IMG/VR virus record: IMGVR_UViG_3300012943_000033
Location: 6,641-70,640 of that record
DNA: 64,000 nucleotides
Direction: 5' to 3' (one strand)
From: a virus
Lineage: Duplodnaviria > Caudoviricetes
The notes below the pieces were generated by a model. That model was not told where the DNA came from and did no database searches. It saw only the letters and a program-made list of their open reading frames with translations. Below, one piece after another: positions 16,578-24,348 of the stretch; within the stretch, counting starts at the first letter, position 1; each line of letters opens with the position of its first letter. The translations under genes were made by a program, and so were the position numbers.

Positions 16578-18026
16578 ATGGCCCTCCCTCTGTTCGCGCC
16601 GACTGCCGCGCCTGCCCCTCCTCCCGACCTCGCGGCGAATGCCGCAAGCTACTACACGCTGAACCCGGCTCTGAGGGAGTTCTGGGAGACCAACGCCCGT
16701 CACAAGGTACTGTACGGAGGGCGAGCCTCCTCCAAGTCTCACGATGCCGCAGGACACGCCATTTTCCTTGCCGCCAATTACTGCGTCAAGTTCCTCTGCG
16801 CCCGCCAGTTCCAGAACCGCATCAGCGAATCGGTCTACACCCTGCTCCGGGATAAGATCAACAACAGCCCGTACCGTCGCGAATTCGAGGTGTTGAAGAC
16901 CTCGATACGGCACCGCATCACTGGCAGTGAATTCCTCTTCTATGGCATCGCCAGAAACCTGGAAGAGATTCGGTCCACGGAGGGCGTGGACGTACTCTGG
17001 CTGGAGGAGGCACACTACCTGGACGCTAATCAATGGCAGGTGATTGAGCCGACGATTCGTAAGGCAGGCTCCCAGATTTGGCTTATCTTCAACCCTGACG
17101 AGTACACTGATTTTGTGTACCAGAATTTCGTCGTCAACCCTCCGTCCAACACCATCGCCAGAGAGATAAACTGGCGTGAAAATCCGTACCTCTCCGCGAC
17201 CATGCTCCGGGTCATCTATGACTACTACAGGCGCGAGCCGGAGAGCGCCCTTCACGTGTACGGAGGGCAACCCAAGATGGGTGCGGACCGCTCCGTGATA
17301 CCGCTCAAGTACATCATCGCGGCAGTTGACGCCCACAAGAAATTGGGCTGGGAACCGGGCGGCTCCAAGGTGGTCGGATTCGACGTGGCCGACGATGGCG
17401 AGGACAAGAACGCCAGCGTGGAGTCGCATGGCAACATCATTTTGAAGGCGGACGAATGGCAGGGGCTGGAGGATGAGCTTCTGAAATCCTGCTCCAAGGT
17501 TTACAACCTGGCGCTGGAGACGGGCGCCAAAATCGTCTGGGACTCCATTGGGATTGGCGCCTTCGCGGGGTCCAAGTTCGCGGACCTGAACGATGAGCGC
17601 AAGCGAAAGGTGGTGTACGAACCTTTCAACGCAGGCGGAGCCGTAGACAACCCCAAGGGCGTTTACATGAAGCTGCCGCACGTCTCGATCACCAACGGCG
17701 AACACTTCGCCAATATCAAGGCGCAGCGGTGGGACGAAGTAGCCATCAGGTTCAGGAAGACGCACGAAGCGGTGGAGAAAGGCGTCAAGCATCCGTTCGA
17801 TGAACTGATCTCCCTGAACTCCGCCACGCTGGGCGCGGCGATGATCAAGAAGATTCAGCTGGAGCTTGCGGCTCCCCATAAGGATGTGGACCGAATGGGC
17901 AAGTTCAAGGTGGAGTCCAAGGAAGACCTCCGGGACCGGGGCATCAAGTCCCCCAACGTAGCGGACGCCCTGATAATGTCCTTGATTCGCCCCAAGCGCG
18001 ACCCGTCCACATTCTTCAGCCGCTAG
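16578..18026 (+). CDS. terL: Terminase large subunit (PBSX/T1-like)
   Basis: Walker A YGGRASSKS; Walker B WLEEA; nuclease GFDVADDGED; C-terminal SPNVADALI. Confidence 0.95.
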   Translation: MALPLFAPTAAPAPPPDLAANAASYYTLNPALREFWETNARHKVLYGGRASSKSHDAAGHAIFLAANYCVKFLCARQFQNRISESVYTLLRDKINNSPYRREFEVLKTSIRHRITGSEFLFYGIARNLEEIRSTEGVDVLWLEEAHYLDANQWQVIEPTIRKAGSQIWLIFNPDEYTDFVYQNFVVNPPSNTIAREINWRENPYLSATMLRVIYDYYRREPESALHVYGGQPKMGADRSVIPLKYIIAAVDAHKKLGWEPGGSKVVGFDVADDGEDKNASVESHGNIILKADEWQGLEDELLKSCSKVYNLALETGAKIVWDSIGIGAFAGSKFADLNDERKRKVVYEPFNAGGAVDNPKGVYMKLPHVSITNGEHFANIKAQRWDEVAIRFRKTHEAVEKGVKHPFDELISLNSATLGAAMIKKIQLELAAPHKDVDRMGKFKVESKEDLRDRGIKSPNVADALIMSLIRPKRDPSTFFSR

Positions 18027-18186
18027 GCCCACGGTTCCTCCGTCCTCCAGAAGCGGGACATCAGCAGGGCCTCCCAGCTGCCGCGCTCATCGCCTTGGTT
18101 GTAGAGGCGACGGGCGCGGACGGCGTAGAAGATGCCCCAGGAGAGGCACCAGGCCCGTGATCCTACAGCTACGGACCACACGGTAG

Positions 18187-18582
18187 TCACGTCAGTGCAG
18201 GCTTCGGACCCTTGCTTGGGAACGTATTGTTCACCCAAGCCTCCAACATCGCGATGCGTTCCGTCAGGTCGGCAATCTGCATTTGTTGGGTGAGCAGTTG
18301 AGAGGCCATTTCGGCCATCCCAGGCACTTGCGCGGGCGGCACCTTGGAGTTGGCCAGGATGCCGAATTCCACGCGGCGATTCGAGATGTGCGCAGCGTTG
18401 AGGCCGGGGATGCTGAGGGCCTCCGTCGCTCGCTTCGCGAATTCGCCGTCACTCAGCATGCTGGTTGTGTACTCCTCCGTGATGTACTTGATCAGCTTGA
18501 AGTTGTCGGCCATCTTCAGGGTCGTCATCGTCCGTTTCTCCGGTGCGGGTCCGTCAACGGACACAAGTTTGGCTTTGGGCAT
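18187..18582 (-). CDS. Hypothetical protein
   Basis: ORF track; in the minus-strand island between terL and portal. Confidence 0.6.
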   Translation of the reverse strand: MPKAKLVSVDGPAPEKRTMTTLKMADNFKLIKYITEEYTTSMLSDGEFAKRATEALSIPGLNAAHISNRRVEFGILANSKVPPAQVPGMAEMASQLLTQQMQIADLTERIAMLEAWVNNTFPSKGPKPALT

Positions 18583-18583
18583 G

Positions 18584-18919
18584 CTAGACTTTCAAGTGTT
18601 GAATTTTCGTCAGGAAGTGGTTGGGGTCCGTCGCGCGAATGCTCTGGAATTCCCCGCCACGCTCGCGGCAGATGAAGAAATTGCCGCGAATCGGGACGTT
18701 CACCCAATTGGGCATTTGGATGGCAAAGCCCACGGGAAGGCCAAGACTGCGCCCGTCTTCGTTGCACAGCATGATAAGGCCATCCCAGAGTACGATTCGC
18801 TCCAGGTAGCCTCCCACCAAGTCTTGGAGCGGCTTGAGTTCGTTCCTGACCAGCGTCAGGTTCACTTCCTGCCCCACGACGAAGTGGGCGACCTCAATTT
18901 GCAGGTGGTTGCTGGCCAT
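18584..18919 (-). CDS. DUF3846-like protein
   Basis: L..LQ.LVGGY.E........CNE.G...GLP......P.RGNFF.C pattern. Confidence 0.7.
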   Translation of the reverse strand: MASNHLQIEVAHFVVGQEVNLTLVRNELKPLQDLVGGYLERIVLWDGLIMLCNEDGRSLGLPVGFAIQMPNWVNVPIRGNFFICRERGGEFQSIRATDPNHFLTKIQHLKV

Positions 18920-19115
18920 TGATTTGCATCCAGGTTCTGATAACCAAATCGGCTTCCAGCTTCGTCAGGCCCTCGTCCGCGAGACGCTTCTGGGCGTCTC
19001 CCACGAGCCTTTCGGCTCCGGCAAGGTCATCAACGATGGCCAGGAAGTGCGCCAGTTCCTCGCGCGTCACTGCGCGCACCCCATCCACTGGCCGGTCACA
19101 GCGGAGCGCCAGCAA
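18894..19115 (-). CDS. Hypothetical protein
   Basis: ORF track; start uncertain. Confidence 0.45.
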   Translation of the reverse strand: MLALRCDRPVDGVRAVTREELAHFLAIVDDLAGAERLVGDAQKRLADEGLTKLEADLVIRTWMQINGQQPPAN

Positions 19116-19330
19116 TACGGGTTCCAGCGCGGAGCGGGACGGACGTACACCGGACGGACGTACACCGGCTGAACGTACACCGGACGGCGCGCGTCCGCGA
19201 CTGCCGCGCCTACTGCCGCCGCACCTAGCAGACCCGCGCCCAGCGCTGCGTTCTGTTCGGGCGTAAGGTTCGCGCAGCCGGTGGCGAGGACGGAAGCCGC
19301 AAGGGCGGCAATGGAGAGGGCACGTTTCAT
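19067..19330 (-). CDS. Small lipoprotein with glycine-zipper and PVYV(R/Q) repeats
   Basis: Lipobox LATGC; GAGLLGAAAVGAAV; three PVYV repeats; AGAAAG RBS. Confidence 0.75.
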   Translation of the reverse strand: MKRALSIAALAASVLATGCANLTPEQNAALGAGLLGAAAVGAAVADARRPVYVQPVYVRPVYVRPAPRWNPYCWRSAVTGQWMGCAQ

Positions 19331-19366
19331 TAAGGTCTTTCTAGGGTTGATTAACGGGAGGCCCGA

Positions 19367-19630
19367 TTATGCCTGAGTTACGTCAATGATGCAAGAGGCG
19401 ATGATCTGCATTTCCTTTTCGCCAGCAATCGACAGTTCCACAAATTGTGTGTCCGTCATGCCGATGCAAGGGGCTTGGATCAGGTCTTCGTCCTTCATCT
19501 TGGTAACGTCAAACCCTAGATTGCCCAGGCGGTCGCGTCTCGCCTCTGCTGGAGGCTGGGCGGTCGCGTCCTCTTGGAACTCTGCATAAGCCCAGGCGAG
19601 CTTGACGGTGAGGAGGCGCAACATGGTCAT
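19367..19630 (-). CDS. Hypothetical protein
   Basis: ORF track; coupled. Confidence 0.55.
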   Translation of the reverse strand: MTMLRLLTVKLAWAYAEFQEDATAQPPAEARRDRLGNLGFDVTKMKDEDLIQAPCIGMTDTQFVELSIAGEKEMQIIASCIIDVTQA

Positions 19631-19902
19631 TTTCCTTGGATGTAATCGGCAGCGTTCTGGTTGAGCGTCGCGTCCTCGACAGCGATGACGTAGACGGCGC
19701 GGCGTTCCCAGGCGAGGTTGTTCGTGAAGATGATTCGCGCCCGTGCCTCGTCCAGCACCATCGGCTCAGCGTTGGGGTTGACGTTGACGATGTACGTATC
19801 GCCCAACACGAAAAGATCGCCGGGGACGCCCAAGGGGATGACGTTGGGCGTGGGGCGGCTGTCCGCGAGCATGACGCCCGTGATAATGCATTCGGCTTGC
19901 AT
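19627..19902 (-). CDS. Hypothetical protein
   Basis: AGAAAG RBS; TATAAT at 19949-19954 upstream. Confidence 0.6.
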   Translation of the reverse strand: MQAECIITGVMLADSRPTPNVIPLGVPGDLFVLGDTYIVNVNPNAEPMVLDEARARIIFTNNLAWERRAVYVIAVEDATLNQNAADYIQGK

Positions 19903-20131
19903 ATGTCTTTCTGGTTAGTGGGCGGGAAAGGTTCCCGCCCTGAGCGCAATTATACGCGCGAAAAAGTGAACGCTTACGAAATCGGCATCACTTCGAATCC
20001 GTCACCCTCTGCGTGCGCAATCTGCTGGATGAACTGCCACGCCGTCTCTTCGTCGGGCATTTCGTGCGAGACACGTTCACGAGTGACCGAATTGACGACC
20101 ACGTAGGCTCGGATTGGCAGGACGTTATCCA

Positions 20132-20635
20132 TCAGATGTCCCTTCGCACGATGAACTTCAGGTCCACGCCGATGATCTCGCGCGTGCCAAAGATGACGTA
20201 GCGATAGCGCCGCGTATCTTTGATGGCCGGGTTGGTATGCGAGTGCGTCATAACCTGCTGGGCCTTGTCGATGCCGTAGCGCCCAAGGATTTCCTCGAAT
20301 TCCACCAATTCGCTTTCGGTGACGTGCATGCCCAGGTGGCTGACCGCGCCCACCTCCGAACACTGACCCGCCTCGATGGCTTCGTCCATCCAGTTGTTGC
20401 CTTCAACGTACTCCAGCACCTCCAACTCCAGGGGTTTGCCGCCCTCGCTGCCGTTCCCGGCTTGGTAGTTGAATTGAAGCTGCGCCACGTTGGTCGCTGG
20501 TCGATCACCAACCCAGCCGGAGGCTTGGACGGTGTCCTGCACCCAGTCGGTCAAGCCCAGCTCACGCAGGAGGTCAATGGCTGGTTCCGTAAGGATGGGG
20601 TACAGAGCTATCTGGTCGATTCTGAATGTCGGCAT
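20132..20635 (-). CDS. VOC/glyoxalase (methylmalonyl-CoA epimerase-like) family protein
   Basis: IDQIAL ... LELEVLEY ... VSHLGMHV ... Y.YVIF.TR..IGVDLKFI, a paired beta-alpha-beta-beta-beta pattern. Confidence 0.65.
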   Translation of the reverse strand: MPTFRIDQIALYPILTEPAIDLLRELGLTDWVQDTVQASGWVGDRPATNVAQLQFNYQAGNGSEGGKPLELEVLEYVEGNNWMDEAIEAGQCSEVGAVSHLGMHVTESELVEFEEILGRYGIDKAQQVMTHSHTNPAIKDTRRYRYVIFGTREIIGVDLKFIVRRDI

Positions 20636-20785
20636 TTTCACTTTCAGGTTGTTGGGTTGGGCAACCGCTGCCCGCCTCGATTCTAGAGGGTATCGCGATT
20701 TGGTGTGGCTGGTCAACGCGGTACATCGTACACGGCGCATAATCCGGCGCGAGCCTACCGCGACACTTCACAAGGTGCCACCACA

Positions 20786-23700
20786 ATGTTCAAAACCCTA
20801 ATCGCCAAAATTCGCGGACAGTCCAAAACCAACTTCGTGGAGGAACCTGATGGCGCGAAAGAGGCGAAGGCGGTTGACCCTCTGGACCCTATCGCGCGCA
20901 CTCCTCGCATGTTCGATGAGAGCGGCAACCTCCACCAAGGCTTTGCCGCCCAACTCCGGAGCGTTGACGAATTCACAGTGTTCGACGGGCTGGCCGGAGA
21001 CGACACGCAGTCCAAAGCTACAGTGGGTGACGAAGCGGTCACCATCAAGGGCGCGGCAGCGATGGATGACGGCGAGGGTTCTGGTCCCTTCGGCATGAAG
21101 GGCAATATGGGCATGGGCATGCCCGATTCGATTGGCCTCTGGTACATGTCCCAGGGGTTCTTTGGTTACCAAGCATGCGCGATCATCGCACAACACTGGC
21201 TGGTGGACAAGGCATGCTCGATGAGCGGAGAGGATGCCGCGCGGAATGGCTGGCATATCACTTCGGAAGGTGGTGACGACCTTCCGAAGGCGGAGTACGA
21301 TGCCATCACCAAGATGGACAAGGAATTGAAGATCAAAGAAAATGTGGTGGAGTTCAACCGCTTCAAAAACATCTTTGGTATCCGCCTCGCCATCTTTACA
21401 GTGGAGACGGATGACCCGCTGTACTACGAAAAGCCCTTCAATATCGACGGAGTACGCAAGGGAGCCTACAAGGGCATTTCCCAGGTGGACCCGTACTGGA
21501 TGACGCCGATTCTGAACACGGCAGGCTCTAGCGACCCTTCCAAAATCGGATTCTATGAGCCTCAGTACTGGGTGATCAACGGCAAGAAATATCACATCAG
21601 CCACCTCGCCATCGCTCGCGGCCCGCAACCCGCCGACATCCTCAAGCCCACCTACATCTTTGGCGGCGTGCCACTGACGCAGCGCATTTATGAACGGGTC
21701 TACGCTGCGGAGCGGACGGCGAACGAAGCCCCACTGTTGGCCATGTCGAAGCGCACAATGGCGATCCACGCAGACGTGGACAAAATCCTCGCCAATCAGT
21801 GCGATTTCGAGAACCGGCTGAGCCTCTGGATTAAGTATCGCGACAACCACGGCATCAAGGTTCTGGGAACCGAAGAGGCCATGGAACAGTTCGACACCAC
21901 GATGACCGATTTCGATTCGATCATCATGAACCAGTATCAAATCGTCGCGGCCATCGCGCGAGTGCCCTCCACGAAGCTGTTGGGCACCTCTCCGAAGGGC
22001 TTCAACGCCACCGGTGAGTTCGAGTCCAAGAGCTACCACGAGGAATTGGAGAGCATTCAAGAGCACATCATGATGCCGATGCTTGAGCGGCATTACATGC
22101 TGTTGGCCCGCTCGATGGGCCTCCAGACTGCCCTGGGCGTGGTATGCAATCCGGTGGACTCCGTTACCACGAAAGAACGGGCCGACCTCAACAAGCTGAA
22201 GTCGGACGTTGCGGTGTCCTACATCAACTCTGGCGTGATCTCCCCTGACGAGGAGCGCAACCGCCTGATGGACGATGAGCATAGCGGCTATGACCGGCTC
22301 AAAGAGGAGGTATCAGCGGAAGGCCAACCGGGCATGTCGCCTGAGAACCTCGCGAACCTCCAGAAAGCGGGCGCGGCAGAGACTGCGGCTGAACAGCCGA
22401 CCGCACCCGGAGGCGTACCGGGTGAGACCGACACAGTAGACCCCAGCGCCTCAGCGTCTCCCGCCGCAATCCAGGCCCTCCTACCTCTCCTCCTCTCCGG
22501 CGTGTCTACGGGCGGCAAGGCAGCGGACCCGGCCATGGCCGCCCTGCTCCTCCTCCTGGGAAAGATCGTCAGCCAACCCGATGCCGCGCCTGTCGATGCG
22601 GGACCGAGCGTCAAGCCCTCCGTATCGCCATCCACAAGCCGCTCCGTCCAGCGCGTAGAGGACGCGGAGATTGTACGCCAGCTACCCCTACACAGGATGC
22701 CAAAAATCAGGCTTAACGGCCTAAATTTGGTCGTGGAGAATCCTCGCGGCACTCTCCGGACGGGGACGGACATTGAAGGGCGTGAGTGGGCGTCGGAGAT
22801 GCCAGACCACTACGGCTTCATCAAGGGCTACGAAGGCGCAGACGGTGACGACGTTGACTGCTTCATCGGCCCCGACCTCCGCTGTGGCGAGGTTTACGTC
22901 ATCACGCAGAATTGCCCGGAGACTGGGGAGTTTGACGAATACAAGTGCATGATCGGCTACACCTCCCCGGAGCATGCGGAGGAAACCTACCGCCAAGCCT
23001 ACTCCGATGATTGGGATGGATACGGCGACATGCAGGTGATGCCTTGGGACGAATTCCAAGACTGGTTGGACTCCGGCTCCGGCGCGCATGCGATGGACGA
23101 ATTCAAGGAGGGCGACCACCCACGGGCGGAGAACGGCCAATTTGGGCAGGGCACTGGAGGCGCGGCGAGCGCGTCAAAAGAGGCGACCGCAGCCGTGAAG
23201 AAGGCCAGCAAGAACACACCTAAATCAGCCGCAGTGACTCCGACCAATACGCCCTCAACGAAGGGTACAGGGAAGGCTGCGAAGGCTGCGAAAACCACGG
23301 AAAAGCCCGCGAAGCTGAAGAGTGGGGGTTTTGCGAGTCTGACGAAACTGCCAGAGAACCGGGAAGCGTGGCCAGCCCACGTGAAGGCGTTGAACCTGCC
23401 GCCAGCTTGGCAAAACGTACACGCCTCAACCGACCCCAACGCCTACCTGCTGGCACAGGGGCGCGACGCAAAGGGCCGTCCACAGTCGGTCTACTCCGCC
23501 GCGTGGACGGAGGCGAAGACGGCAGAAAAGTTTGGGCGCGTGAAGGGGATGAACGAAGAAATCGCCCAGATGAAGGACAAGATTTCATCTGACCAAAAAT
23601 CGGAGAACGCCAAGACCCGCAACACCGCCGACGCGATGTCAGTGGTGGTCAGCATGGGCATTCGTCCGGGCAGCGATACGGACACGAAGGCGGACACGAA

Positions 23701-24151
23701 GGCATACGGGGCATCCAACCTGGAGGCGCGGCACGTCAAGGTGGGCGAGGACGGCAGTGTGACCTTGGACTTCACCGGCAAGAAAGGCGTGGCCCTGAAC
23801 CTGCCCGTGTCCGACCCAGGCGTGGCCGCGATGCTCAAGGAGCGGAAGGCGAGCGCAGGCGCTGACGGGCGGCTGTTCCCTGGTGTGTCCGACAAGGGCC
23901 TGCTAGAATATTCTCACAGTCTCGATGGTGGTGACTTTAAGACGAAGGATTTCAGAACCTTCGCGGGCACCTCCCACGCGACGAATACGATCAAGGGCAT
24001 GACAGCCCCAACCAACGAAAAGGAATACAAAAAGGCGGTCCGCGAGGTAGCCAACGGAGTCTCACAACTGCTGGGGAATACCCCAACCGTGGCGCTCCAA
24101 AGCTACATCGACCCGTCCGTGTTCTCTGAATGGAAGGCGAACCTGAAATGA
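20786..24151 (+). CDS. Portal protein (DUF1073-like) fused to an inorganic-pyrophosphatase-like domain and a C-terminal type IB DNA topoisomerase
   Basis: Portal motifs (QHWLVDKAC, YKGISQVDPYW, AAIARVP.TKLLGTSPKGFNATGE); IENPRG..R.G..W..M..HYG..G..GADGD.VDCFIGP domain at ~22697-23080; TopIB motifs LPPAW, GRD.KGR.Q..Y, IRPG, F.GKKG, KDFRT, LGNT, SYIDP at ~23350-24151; single open frame. Confidence 0.9.
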   Translation: MFKTLIAKIRGQSKTNFVEEPDGAKEAKAVDPLDPIARTPRMFDESGNLHQGFAAQLRSVDEFTVFDGLAGDDTQSKATVGDEAVTIKGAAAMDDGEGSGPFGMKGNMGMGMPDSIGLWYMSQGFFGYQACAIIAQHWLVDKACSMSGEDAARNGWHITSEGGDDLPKAEYDAITKMDKELKIKENVVEFNRFKNIFGIRLAIFTVETDDPLYYEKPFNIDGVRKGAYKGISQVDPYWMTPILNTAGSSDPSKIGFYEPQYWVINGKKYHISHLAIARGPQPADILKPTYIFGGVPLTQRIYERVYAAERTANEAPLLAMSKRTMAIHADVDKILANQCDFENRLSLWIKYRDNHGIKVLGTEEAMEQFDTTMTDFDSIIMNQYQIVAAIARVPSTKLLGTSPKGFNATGEFESKSYHEELESIQEHIMMPMLERHYMLLARSMGLQTALGVVCNPVDSVTTKERADLNKLKSDVAVSYINSGVISPDEERNRLMDDEHSGYDRLKEEVSAEGQPGMSPENLANLQKAGAAETAAEQPTAPGGVPGETDTVDPSASASPAAIQALLPLLLSGVSTGGKAADPAMAALLLLLGKIVSQPDAAPVDAGPSVKPSVSPSTSRSVQRVEDAEIVRQLPLHRMPKIRLNGLNLVVENPRGTLRTGTDIEGREWASEMPDHYGFIKGYEGADGDDVDCFIGPDLRCGEVYVITQNCPETGEFDEYKCMIGYTSPEHAEETYRQAYSDDWDGYGDMQVMPWDEFQDWLDSGSGAHAMDEFKEGDHPRAENGQFGQGTGGAASASKEATAAVKKASKNTPKSAAVTPTNTPSTKGTGKAAKAAKTTEKPAKLKSGGFASLTKLPENREAWPAHVKALNLPPAWQNVHASTDPNAYLLAQGRDAKGRPQSVYSAAWTEAKTAEKFGRVKGMNEEIAQMKDKISSDQKSENAKTRNTADAMSVVVSMGIRPGSDTDTKADTKAYGASNLEARHVKVGEDGSVTLDFTGKKGVALNLPVSDPGVAAMLKERKASAGADGRLFPGVSDKGLLEYSHSLDGGDFKTKDFRTFAGTSHATNTIKGMTAPTNEKEYKKAVREVANGVSQLLGNTPTVALQSYIDPSVFSEWKANLK

Positions 24152-24348
24152 CCGGAAAAATTGACCTCCCTGACGTTTACTTCGGGTCAGTGGACGCCCC
24201 TCCAGCCGACTGGAGGGCATACGAAGAGGAAGACCCGGATGATGAGGAGCTGGCAGAGACGCCAGAAAGCGTTGTCTTGATGTTGGGTTTCGACCCGCTG
24301 GAGCTTGACGAAGACGAAGATGGCGTTCCAAGCCCGGAAAACGCGTGA
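24148..24348 (+). CDS. Small highly acidic protein
   Basis: ATGA overlap with the portal-TopIB stop; EEEDPDDEELAETPESVVLMLGFDPLELDEDED. Confidence 0.75.
   Translation: MTGKIDLPDVYFGSVDAPPADWRAYEEEDPDDEELAETPESVVLMLGFDPLELDEDEDGVPSPENA

Noticed and set aside
16491-18032. 513-aa minus-strand ORF opposite terL
   Set aside because: Antisense shadow of a GC-rich coding gene; no recognisable motifs or RBS.
20798-22282. 494-aa minus-strand ORF opposite the portal gene
   Set aside because: Antisense shadow ORF; the plus strand has clear portal motifs.
23350-24151. Reading the R-K-R-N-Y domain as an integrase or tyrosine recombinase (lysogeny)
   Set aside because: The LPPAW, GRDxKGRxQ, KDFRT and SYIDP motifs fit TopIB rather than the integrase RxxE/HxxRH pattern; no att site or repressor seen.
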